A stretch of 53,217 nt of DNA from a virus (taxonomy: Duplodnaviria; Caudoviricetes), in IMG/VR virus record IMGVR_UViG_3300009548_000009, positions 1-53,217 of that record. One strand, written 5' to 3'. Position numbers and translations under genes: made by a program. Every line of letters begins with the position of its first letter. Position 1 is the stretch's first letter. Below, piece by piece: positions 1 through 8,193 of this stretch. The notes beneath the pieces were generated by a model. That model saw nothing but the letters and a program-made list of their open reading frames with translations, did not search any database and was not told where the DNA came from.

Positions 1-117
1 AATCTCACGCGGCTCGGGGAATATGTTGTTTCTGATCTTGACTATTGGATCGTACGCCCTACCTATCAGGTGTGTTGCGTTTACCTTGGCCTCGCGTTCT
101 GCGTTCCACTGTGACAT
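1..117 (-). CDS. Partial hypothetical protein (N-terminus, runs off window start)
   Basis: ATG at 117, then 39 codons with no stop (MSQWNAEREAK...EPREI), 14 nt after the peptidase stop. Confidence 0.55.
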   Translation of the reverse strand, partial: MSQWNAEREAKVNATHLIGRAYDPIVKIRNNIFPEPREI

Positions 118-131
118 TTATTTTATATATA

Positions 132-938
132 TTATATTTTAATTAAGCCCGCCAACTCTGACTCAGCAGCTATGCACCAACAATCACTAGCGATACCGTT
201 TGTTATATACCCATACGGCAGCCATCCATACCCTGACATTCCCCAACTCGTGCCCCACGAATTGAGCGTAAGAAATGCCTGTTTTGAGTCGTCATGGCCA
301 ACCCACAGCATGCAGTGACCGCCAATGGCTGCCTCATCCTCACCGGGCATTTCTATCATTCCGTCTGGGCCGACGTTTTCTATTTGTTCGTATACGTTAG
401 TCCCGAATACTACTGGTAATCCAGTAACAGCTAAAACGGTTTTTATGTTTGTAAGCGTCGCATTGTACCCATCCGTGCTATCTACAAGATAATAGTTAGT
501 TGATTCATCTTTTACAGCTGCAGCGGCCACATCTGCTGGTATTTTCTTGTCGAACCTTTTGATGTCATACGGCCACATTGTCTCAGGAGCAACACCATAT
601 TGTGCTGTTGACTTGACTGCGCCGCGTATCGTGCCGCCGTTGTCGCCCGGGTAGTCTCCTTCTAAAATTCTTGTATCTTCATAGACCTGCAGCCTGGATC
701 CAAGTACGCAACTGCCGGTTCGTTTTACCTGCAACGCTTCAAACGCGCTTGTGGTTCCGTGTGCGGTGCATGATCCAAGTTGGCCCTGGTCTTTTACCTG
801 TGAGATCAGGTTCCGCAGGTCGCTTGTCTGAGGGAGTGGAGGGGCAACGCCACGCAGTTTTTCTTCATAGCGGTAGTCTCTATGATCGGGTGCAGCCTTG
901 CGCCAGCCGAAGTAATATTTTTTTCCTTTTATGTTCAT
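132..938 (-). CDS. Papain-like cysteine peptidase (family C1A)
   Basis: DQGQLGSCTA (oxyanion Gln, catalytic Cys), GGHCM (His), NSWGTSWG..GYGWLPY (Asn). Confidence 0.92.
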   Translation of the reverse strand: MNIKGKKYYFGWRKAAPDHRDYRYEEKLRGVAPPLPQTSDLRNLISQVKDQGQLGSCTAHGTTSAFEALQVKRTGSCVLGSRLQVYEDTRILEGDYPGDNGGTIRGAVKSTAQYGVAPETMWPYDIKRFDKKIPADVAAAAVKDESTNYYLVDSTDGYNATLTNIKTVLAVTGLPVVFGTNVYEQIENVGPDGMIEMPGEDEAAIGGHCMLWVGHDDSKQAFLTLNSWGTSWGMSGYGWLPYGYITNGIASDCWCIAAESELAGLIKI

Positions 939-1981
939 TGTACTCTCTTACCTCTCGAATGCCATTTGCCGGTTGTATCTGACCAGTATAGATTTCCGTC
1001 AACACCTATCGCGTAAAAGTCGCCAGTTGACGTTATTGCTGGCTCAGTTCCGCTTTCGAGCTGGCCGCCTAATGATTTCCACGTAACGCCTTTGTCTGTG
1101 CTATACCACAACGCATTGTCGCTTCCTTTCATGCAGACGTATGTACCGCATGCTACCGGACTGCCGACCATTGTGATCTGTTTGGGGGTTGGTGCTGGTG
1201 TAACACCTTTAAACCTGTTCTTCATCGTAACGTTCGTAGGCGGCCATAGTGCCATCCAGGCAGCATACCATGAAGCGAATCTGTTATAGACTGCGTTCAT
1301 GTTATTTCCGTATCCACTCCAGACGCCTATTCCTGCACAGGGTACGCCGTGAGCTTCCATTTCATATATCAAATTGATGTAATCCTGCGCGCTACTGGTT
1401 TTGAGTATATGATCAAGATGATCAATGCCTCTTTTTGCTAATTGGGCTTGCATCATCCAGCTTCCAACTAAAATGCCTATCTCCTTAACGCCATGCTTTT
1501 GTGCATCAAGCATGCCCGGGCCTACAACGTCCCATCCCCAGAAGTTAGCAGACGCATCATATGTTTCTAAATAAGAAGCAGCGCCGAATCCGTGGACCGG
1601 CGATGGGTGTGTAGCGGCCCAGACATCATCGTTTGTTCCGCCACCTGTACCCATGCCGCCATAGTCTAAAAAGATCAAGCTATTCATTATAGCATCAATC
1701 TCATTAGCTTGTTCTGATTCGCCGCCTGCAGCGTGGTAGCCGAGTGAAACTATTTTAGGATAGTAGGTTGATGTGCCATCCCACCCAGCCTTTCCATCGT
1801 TGCCGTTATTCAGGATTGGTGAGAGACCTGCGGCATTGCAGTCTAGGACGAACTGAGCAAGTGGAATTACACCCCCGCCGTGTACGACAAGGTGCGCGTC
1901 TATAATGCCAACTGTTCTAAGTGCGCCTAAGTTTGAATAACTGTCTCCAGCTATAAAGTAAGCCATGCTGTGGTTCATCAT
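935..1981 (-). CDS. Putative lytic enzyme: possible glycoside-hydrolase-like N-domain, Pro/Thr linker, C-terminal PLL-type lectin repeats
   Basis: VTPAPTPK linker followed by repeats KGSDNALWY...WKSLGG and IGVDGNLYW...WHSRG, typical of fucose-lectin propeller blades. The catalytic domain assignment is inference. ATGA overlap with the peptidase. Confidence 0.5.
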   Translation of the reverse strand: MMNHSMAYFIAGDSYSNLGALRTVGIIDAHLVVHGGGVIPLAQFVLDCNAAGLSPILNNGNDGKAGWDGTSTYYPKIVSLGYHAAGGESEQANEIDAIMNSLIFLDYGGMGTGGGTNDDVWAATHPSPVHGFGAASYLETYDASANFWGWDVVGPGMLDAQKHGVKEIGILVGSWMMQAQLAKRGIDHLDHILKTSSAQDYINLIYEMEAHGVPCAGIGVWSGYGNNMNAVYNRFASWYAAWMALWPPTNVTMKNRFKGVTPAPTPKQITMVGSPVACGTYVCMKGSDNALWYSTDKGVTWKSLGGQLESGTEPAITSTGDFYAIGVDGNLYWSDTTGKWHSRGKRVQ

Positions 1982-2011
1982 TTTGGTTGCTTTTAAGTTT
2001 GTAACTGATAT

Positions 2012-2158
2012 TTACGCGCCAAATAACGCGCTGAATCCTAATGCTATCAGGAGCGCCTTAAACAGGACGCTGCCGAGTAGTCCAAACGCACCACCTAGAA
2101 TCCACGTAACTATGAGTGTGAGCAATGCATCGTAGTTGACTGCAATAATTTCTAGCAT
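2012..2158 (-). CDS. 48-aa membrane protein, holin-like (not in ORF track)
   Basis: MLEIIAVNYDALLTLIVTWILGGAFGLLGSVLFKALLIALGFSALFGA, with GGAGG RBS upstream; precedes the two putative lytic enzymes. Confidence 0.6.
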   Translation of the reverse strand: MLEIIAVNYDALLTLIVTWILGGAFGLLGSVLFKALLIALGFSALFGA

Positions 2159-2179
2159 TTTTTAGTTCTCCCTCCTGTG

Positions 2180-2326
2180 TTATTTTTGCCTCTCAACGAT
2201 CTTCTTTTTGATTTCTGCTTTGATCTCTGCCTTCATTACGCCTTCTTGCCAGTCCTTGTTTCGCCCCCACCTCGTCGGAGGCCGCTCAAGCATTCGATCG
2301 ATTGTGGTCTTTTTATTGTCAGTCAT
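2180..2326 (-). CDS. Small basic hypothetical protein
   Basis: Likely start MTDNKK inside ORF 2180..2392; fills the gap in the operon. Confidence 0.5.
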   Translation of the reverse strand: MTDNKKTTIDRMLERPPTRWGRNKDWQEGVMKAEIKAEIKKKIVERQK

Positions 2327-2351
2327 TTTTGCCTTTTTGTATATTAGCCTT

Positions 2352-2786
2352 TTAATTCCTACCGCAGCGGACAGATGCAATACTACCGCCATGATCTAGA
2401 ATCATAAACGTTCGTGTCCATGGTCCAAATGCCGCGGCTTTTCTCAATAACTTAACTGCCTCAACATCGCCTTTCATTTCGTGTATTAAAATGTGAACAT
2501 CAACAGGACAGCAGAGCAGGTTGACAGGATTGTTATTCGTCTTGTCTTTATCTTTATGATGGATATGATAGCCTGCGGGAATCTTAACTTTAAAGTGTTG
2601 TTCCCACGCTTTTCTATGATTGGCTGAGAATGCTCGCCTATATCCCCGTCCAGCTAAAGGAACTGATGATTGTGCAAGTTCCGGTTCTATACGTTCAACT
2701 GGCTCAAGGAACCTGCGGCTATACTCCTGAGCATCGGCCCTTATCTCAGCAAGGTATTCATCTAAAGTTATATTTGATTTTGTCAT
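2352..2786 (-). CDS. HNH endonuclease
   Basis: HIHHKDKDKTNNNPVNL...HILIH motif. Confidence 0.85.
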   Translation of the reverse strand: MTKSNITLDEYLAEIRADAQEYSRRFLEPVERIEPELAQSSVPLAGRGYRRAFSANHRKAWEQHFKVKIPAGYHIHHKDKDKTNNNPVNLLCCPVDVHILIHEMKGDVEAVKLLRKAAAFGPWTRTFMILDHGGSIASVRCGRN

Positions 2787-2798
2787 TCGTGTTTTGTG

Positions 2799-2812
2799 TT
2801 AACCCAGGTTAA
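2799..2812. promoter_or_regulatory. Palindrome TTAACCCAGGTTAA (one mismatch from TTAACCTAGGTTAA)
   Basis: Intergenic; related copies at 19331, 19457 and 48727. Confidence 0.55.
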
Positions 2813-2813
2813 T

Positions 2814-3647
2814 CTAAAGTGATAGTTCTCCGTTAATAAACAACGGCTTTACGTCCTCGCTTACGCTTTCCTGTATCTCCTCATCGCTGAAATACTGCTC
2901 AACGTTCTCGCTGAACTCGCACATGTACTCTTGCCTGAACCACCACTCACCTAGAACGGCTTTTTCTTCTTTTAAAAAAGCTTTAGAGATTCGCGGGCAT
3001 TCGTAGGCTGTTACCTTAAAGCCCTGCCACCCACCTAGGTTATCAGTTACATAATCGTTCCAGGATTCGTAAAAGAAGCCTCTGCGTCCGAATGGTGTTG
3101 AAAGTAAAATTAATCGGCCTTGAGAAACCGCAAGCATTGGCCGTAAGGAGCCGTAATAGAGCTCATCATCCTCGATTTGTGCTGCTTCATCAATAATCAT
3201 CAGACTCGGCGCGCTGAACCCTCGCACTGTCTGCGGCTTGGATGGTAGGCTTATTATCCTGCTTCCATTCGTTAATTCTAACGTATGCTTATTCTCTGCA
3301 TCGCTCGGGACCGGCCTGCCACGTTCCTGGTAAAAATCTGCTACTTTCTTAAATAGTTCTGTTGATTGCCGGTATCCTCTGCTTATGATGAGCACAAGGG
3401 AGTTAGGATTGTAAAGGGCGCTGTGTAACGCTATTATAGCGGTTATTGTTGATTTGCCTGACTGCCTGGCACAATTCAATATTATCTTTTTTTCTTCTGA
3501 GGTGAGCAGTTTGCGCTGCCAAGGATCGGGGTCAATGCCGAGTAATTGAGCGAATTTGATCGGGTTGATAGCAAGAGCTAGTTCTTTGCGTTCGCTTTCG
3601 TTTAAGGTTAGGATTGCGTCGTCAAATCTACTAGTACTAATCGCCAT
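2814..3647 (-). CDS. terL: Terminase large subunit, ATPase domain only
   Basis: PWQ adenine motif, Walker A ARQSGKS, Walker B MIIDEAA, coupling motif LSTP, QEYMCEF. Ends at 277 aa with no nuclease domain. Confidence 0.92.
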   Translation of the reverse strand: MAISTSRFDDAILTLNESERKELALAINPIKFAQLLGIDPDPWQRKLLTSEEKKIILNCARQSGKSTITAIIALHSALYNPNSLVLIISRGYRQSTELFKKVADFYQERGRPVPSDAENKHTLELTNGSRIISLPSKPQTVRGFSAPSLMIIDEAAQIEDDELYYGSLRPMLAVSQGRLILLSTPFGRRGFFYESWNDYVTDNLGGWQGFKVTAYECPRISKAFLKEEKAVLGEWWFRQEYMCEFSENVEQYFSDEEIQESVSEDVKPLFINGELSL

Positions 3648-4221
3648 CTGAATCTAATTGCTCGCTAAACTCTATGCGTTTTTCAATCGGTAGCGTTTTA
3701 AGAACTTCTTTAAGCTTTGCGACATCAGGGCCAGTTTTAACCTCACCACTGAGCTCTACCTTTTGTTTGTCAAGCCCAAGGATCTGCATAAACTTATCTA
3801 CACCTAGCTCCCAGCGTTTCCGCGCTTCTTTTGAGCCTATCTCACCTGTTTGCATATTCTCAAAGGCTTTATCGGCTATTTCAAGGGCTTCTTTTGAGCG
3901 CTGGTCTTTGAACTTTAATATTCTGTTCTCAAACGTCTGTAGTGCTTTCTTTTGCAGGTAATCGTCATATGCACGTGTGCGTTGCACCCAGTTATGATTT
4001 GCACTAAGACGGCCTAGGTAGCGTAAATATGATGGTTTCTTGTCGGCTTTCTGGCGTAGCTTTTCAAGTGAGCGTTCTGGACCCATATCACGGTACATAC
4101 AAAAAAGATCAAATGCTTTAGACCGCTCGGTATTCTGACGCGCCCATAATTCAGCTTCGCTGGGCAAAGATATCTCCAATAGAAAGAACGGAAAAATAAT
4201 ACTTAAGTATTGTGTGTACAA
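3637..4221 (-). CDS. terS: Terminase small subunit (probable; true start likely TTG at 4167)
   Basis: W...E.SKAF..F..YRDMG.ERSL...W..R..AYD pattern and C-terminal KVELSGEV; overlaps the start of TerL. Confidence 0.7.
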   Translation of the reverse strand: MYTQYLSIIFPFFLLEISLPSEAELWARQNTERSKAFDLFCMYRDMGPERSLEKLRQKADKKPSYLRYLGRLSANHNWVQRTRAYDDYLQKKALQTFENRILKFKDQRSKEALEIADKAFENMQTGEIGSKEARKRWELGVDKFMQILGLDKQKVELSGEVKTGPDVAKLKEVLKTLPIEKRIEFSEQLDSDGD

Positions 4222-4225
4222 TAGC

Positions 4226-4675
4226 TTATTTTATGGCCTTTTTGAAGGACTGAACGCTTGTATATTCATTATATAATATTGTTAACGCATCACTAAGGTA
4301 TTCACATTCATCACGCAATGCCAATTCTAACTCCTCATCTTTAAGCCCGGCGATCCTAGCGTGTTCAACGTTGAGTTCTTGATGTAATAAATTGAAGTTA
4401 TTCTCCCAGTGACTGTTATGCACTCGTTTCCAGTGTTTTATAATTGCTGCTGAACGGGCTTCTTCTTCCGGTGTAGCAAGCACGCCGTCGTGTATTTTCT
4501 TTTGCTCTCTGGAAACGTGCGTGAGCTGTAACCTGGAAACGCCGCCTAGCTCTTTTTCAATTTTAATGAGCTTGCCAAGTATGTTACAAAAAAGTATTCG
4601 TTTGCCGGAGTCTATGATCTCATCTTGAATTGTGAAAAGTCGACCCCGTATTCCAGTGTAGTCGGGTTCTGCCAT
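4226..4675 (-). CDS. Hypothetical protein
   Basis: 149-aa ORF in the genome's coding orientation. Confidence 0.65.
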   Translation of the reverse strand: MAEPDYTGIRGRLFTIQDEIIDSGKRILFCNILGKLIKIEKELGGVSRLQLTHVSREQKKIHDGVLATPEEEARSAAIIKHWKRVHNSHWENNFNLLHQELNVEHARIAGLKDEELELALRDECEYLSDALTILYNEYTSVQSFKKAIK

Positions 4676-4748
4676 TATGGTTGCTATAATTTAGCACACA
4701 GTATTTCAAAAGAGAATTGGAGTTGAAGGGTATATAATGATTACTAGA

Positions 4749-5000
4749 TCAAAATTTATTCCTAATAGAGAGACCAACCACCGCCATCCACGCACAGATG
4801 TCAATACCGTCTCCACAGACTGCAAGCCAAAGGCCCAATGTACCATAGATCATACCTAAGATCATGAGCGCCGCGAGAGTGGTTGTTCCCGATACAACAT
4901 TCATTGAGGTTCCATTGCGCTTGAGGTCGAGGATTTGCGGTATTAGTAGTAAACCGAAAACCAAATTAAGTGAGAGAATACCAACGTCCTGCCATACCAT
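4749..5000 (-). CDS. Small 3-TM membrane protein, PQ-loop/SemiSWEET-like
   Basis: LLLIPQI motif at the end of TM1; three hydrophobic segments in 83 aa. Confidence 0.55.
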   Translation of the reverse strand: MVWQDVGILSLNLVFGLLLIPQILDLKRNGTSMNVVSGTTTLAALMILGMIYGTLGLWLAVCGDGIDICAWMAVVGLSIRNKF

Positions 5001-5015
5001 TACAAAGCGTCCACA

Positions 5016-5231
5016 TTAACTTGCTGAATACACTCTTTTATTACATTCTTCACAGGCAATTAAGCCCTTATCGGCGTCTTCTGGATCTATATAGACAATA
5101 AACGCTATTTCTCCATCGCAGATCTCACGGCCACATTCTGAGCAGTAGACTTTACTTAGCATCTTTTCTATGGTTAAGCCAGAATACTGGGCATATCCAA
5201 TATCCTGGGCAACGTTTCTCGCAGTAAGCAA
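5016..5231 (-). CDS. Small Zn-finger protein (true start probably MLSKVYC at 5163)
   Basis: CSECGREI...CEEC. Confidence 0.55.
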   Translation of the reverse strand: MLTARNVAQDIGYAQYSGLTIEKMLSKVYCSECGREICDGEIAFIVYIDPEDADKGLIACEECNKRVYSAS

Positions 5232-5412
5232 CTTCTTTAGGTGAGTGAGTAATTATACAAGAGACTACTAACTTTGCTTGGCTCATCTTAACACTAGGAT
5301 CTATCTGTTCGTGGGTAGGTGTGTTACCGTATAGTGGTGAGCCTATCTTTGCGAGCCGTTTTAAGGCCATGACGTGCTGTAAAAGTATTTGTTGCTCAGA
5401 TTTGCTAGTCAT
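5152..5412 (-). CDS. Fusion of paralogs of micro-genes 6624-6791 and 6496-6627
   Basis: N-half MTSKSEQQILLQHVMALKRLAKIGSPLYGNTPTHEQID; C-half VVSCIITHSPKEVAYCEKRC..YWIC. Confidence 0.7.
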   Translation of the reverse strand: MTSKSEQQILLQHVMALKRLAKIGSPLYGNTPTHEQIDPSVKMSQAKLVVSCIITHSPKEVAYCEKRCPGYWICPVFWLNHRKDAK

Positions 5413-5534
5413 TTTTCTGCCTTTTTTTCATCCTTCAATGATTCTTTGAATTGTTTCCTATATGCTATGGGGCCTTTCTTATCCGCTTCTTTCACGGTTT
5501 CAAAATTATCTAACCAACACGGTTCCCTATTCAT
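5409..5534 (-). CDS. 41-aa micro-protein ending KKAEK (not in ORF track)
   Basis: Junction-motif RBS and ATG; ATGA overlap with the next gene. Confidence 0.6.
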   Translation of the reverse strand: MNREPCWLDNFETVKEADKKGPIAYRKQFKESLKDEKKAEK

Positions 5535-5558
5535 TTTTCAACCTCTTTTTTATATATA

Positions 5559-6395
5559 TTAATGTTTTAAGTGCATAAACATACACGATAATAGCGCACC
5601 GCTCTTAGTAAATTCATCTATATCCACAAAGCAACTATCCAAACCCAGCTTAGCCGCGATTTCTGTTAAGGTGTTGTTCTTATGTGTGGTTTCGGGTGTT
5701 TCATCGTGAACCATGCCGTTATATATCGTGTCTTCTATTCTAAGAGAGTTAGTTATGCCCTCATAGCAGTCTTCTAAAGCTACGTTTATTACATTAAATT
5801 CCTTATTTAATAATTCCCAATCGTCGTCAGTAATAACTTCCTTACACGCTAGTATAGTATCGCTATCTACTGGAAATATGAAACAATCCACGTGGTAAAG
5901 GTAGTTGTCTAAGGCTTTTAATTTTATTATCTCTGCGTCAAACGCTTTTTCAATCCAGCATAAGGTTTCATATGAGGTAAATAACCCATAACTGGCTATA
6001 TACTGGTTATCGCGTATCCATTTAAGCTCGCCTTCGCCCTCAAAATACGCTGGTGGTGTATAACATGTGTACCCAAGAGTTTCTAAGAAGCCCAAGGCTA
6101 CCCATTCCTCACCGACTCGCCCATCTGCTCTAAAATGACTTATTACTGCGGTTTTATCTAAGTGCGGTAATACACATGCCGGATTTGTGGCATAAGTCTG
6201 ATCCTGTAACCCTGGTGTTGGTGGCAACAGGTACACCAGTGCGTGATTGGTAATTATCATATACAACGCCATAAACTGTTCTAGTGCGGCATCTAGGTTT
6301 ATTTCGCGTTCCTTTTGGGGTAAATCGAGCATCCATATGTTGTTTATTGTAGTGGTGCTCAGGTACCTGGGTGGGCACATAAGTAGTTCTTTCAT
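5559..6395 (-). CDS. Amidinotransferase/pentein-family guanidino hydrolase (resembles ArgZ/AgrE arginine dihydrolase domain, DDAH-like)
   Basis: LMCPP..INNIWM, QDQTYATN, FEGEGE, YHVDC and EFTKSGALLSCM, with catalytic His/Asp/Cys retained. Confidence 0.85.
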   Translation of the reverse strand: MKELLMCPPRYLSTTTINNIWMLDLPQKEREINLDAALEQFMALYMIITNHALVYLLPPTPGLQDQTYATNPACVLPHLDKTAVISHFRADGRVGEEWVALGFLETLGYTCYTPPAYFEGEGELKWIRDNQYIASYGLFTSYETLCWIEKAFDAEIIKLKALDNYLYHVDCFIFPVDSDTILACKEVITDDDWELLNKEFNVINVALEDCYEGITNSLRIEDTIYNGMVHDETPETTHKNNTLTEIAAKLGLDSCFVDIDEFTKSGALLSCMFMHLKH

Positions 6396-7003
6396 ATTTT
6401 GTTTATTCCTACTAACAGGAAATGGTATGGCACGCTGATAATCACCATGCAGCCGAAAAGGAAAAGGAAGAGTATATCTTCAAAAGGATAGTCGGTCATT
6501 TTTCATTAACTTCTGGATTTGTAACTCTAAACGCTGAGCATGTCCAATACATACTGCAGCACTTTTTACAGTAAGCGACTTCGATCGGGAAATATGTGAT
6601 CGGGCATGATACTACCTGTTTGCTCATTTTTTCAGGTCTTTTTGTTTTATATAATCTTCAAGTTCCTTAGCCCAAGCGTCTATCTGTTCGTGGGTAGGTG
6701 TGTTGCCATATAGTGGTGCTCCTATCTTTGCGAGCCGTCTTAGGGCCATGACGCGCTGAAGTAATACCTGCTGCTCAGATTTGCTAGTCATTTTTCAGCC
6801 CTCTTTTTCTTCATCTTCCTCGGACCTGTAGAACATACATGCAATGAGGTCAGTGTCTGGGTCTATTCTTGAATAAATACAACATTTCTCACAAGTCATT
6901 TTTCCACCTCTTTTTCTTCTATGATTACAACACCGTTTTCAAATCTCACCCGTTTCGTTCCGTCTGCAAGAATCGCATCAATAACATCCTCGCACGTAGT
7001 CAT
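6392..7003 (-). CDS. Chain of five coupled micro-ORFs: 6392-6499 (35 aa, hydrophobic), 6496-6627 (43 aa, Cys-rich), 6624-6791 (55 aa), 6795-6899 (34 aa), 6896-7003 (35 aa)
   Basis: Hand-translated. They tile the region end to end with ATGA overlaps or 3-nt gaps, each starting at a junction-motif copy. Confidence 0.7.
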
Positions 7004-8193
7004 TTTCCAGCCTCTTCTTCCTCACACTCACCTTCAAAATAATTTTTATCTTTATCAATCAAACCGAGTTTCTTTAATTTACATTCATCATCCTTAGAAG
7101 CGGGTAAGGTAACGTCAAAGCCTAACTCGTCATCTTCATCACTAAGCCAGCTAATATGGTATTTATTTAGATGTATCTTGTCTTTGGTCATTTTTCAGCC
7201 CCCATGGTCAAACACAAAAGGTTCTCCGTTTATGATGCCACAGCCAAAACCTTTACCTCCCGTTACCATACCAACATTGCCAACCCCACAACTCATGTAA
7301 CATTCGCGGTGATAATGGTAGTATGTGCCGTGCCGGTTAAATGTTGGATAGTTATTTGAGATATCATCGGTAACGTATTCTATATCATCACCTGTGATTA
7401 ATCTACCACAGATTATACAGGAACTTGGTTTAAAAATCATCATTTTTCAGCCTCTTTTTCTTTTCTTCTTTTCAATATTTCCTCTATTTTGTCAAGTTGT
7501 AATAACCAAAGGCGTACTGACTTTTTATCCCAAGTCATTTTTTCAGCCTCTTTTTCTTGCCTAATTATAAAGTTCGCCATTAGTTTTTCGATGAATATAC
7601 AATCCTCTACATTTCTATTACGCTTACCCGTAAGCCCGTTGAAATCCCCACAATATCTACACCTATTATAGGCAGTCATTTTTCAGCCTCTTTTCATATT
7701 TGCTACAACTAATATCAATAAAGTTAGGGGGAGACGTTACCCAAAATGTGCCGCCGATGGTGCACTCAATATCCAAATCACCACCCCAATCTGCCGTTAC
7801 GAGCCAAGGACTTTTGCAATTCTTACAGGACTGACAGAGTATTGGTTTATCATCTGTACATTCGTTATCAGTCATTTTTCAGCCTCTCTTTCACCCCGTA
7901 TTCATACGGTTTCCACTCACCCGGCAACATCCCCTTTAGCTTCTGTAAAAAATCACCCCTATCTTCATAACTGATTTGCAGTACTTCTTCTATCGTCGCA
8001 TTGTTAAATGCCATTTCTACTGCGCTGATTATCATGCTATTCAACTTATCTGACCTTGTCTGCTTTTTAGTCATTTTTCAGCCTCTTTTTCCTTCGTTAA
8101 ATCTAATACCTTATTGGTATTTTCACCACACAGCCACGGTTCACTATCAAAACAGCGATACCTGCAAAACGTACAAACTGATTCAAAAGTCAT
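7000..8193 (-). CDS. Chain of six coupled small ORFs: 7000-7191, 7195-7443, 7440-7679, 7666-7875, 7868-8074, 8071-8193 (several Cys-rich)
   Basis: ORF track plus the hand-translated 40-aa ORF 8071-8193; the five internal junctions each carry GAGGCTGAAAAATG or a close variant. Confidence 0.72.

Noticed and set aside
1-2813. Group I intron or intein explaining the split terminase
   Set aside because: The intervening DNA is densely protein-coding with several unrelated genes, both halves have their own start and stop, and there are no intein terminal residues. Only RT-PCR can fully exclude splicing.
4198-4211. ATACTTAA upstream of terS, of 47508 and of 46090 as a late-promoter motif
   Set aside because: An AT-rich 8-mer found three times at inconsistent distances from the starts is compatible with chance.
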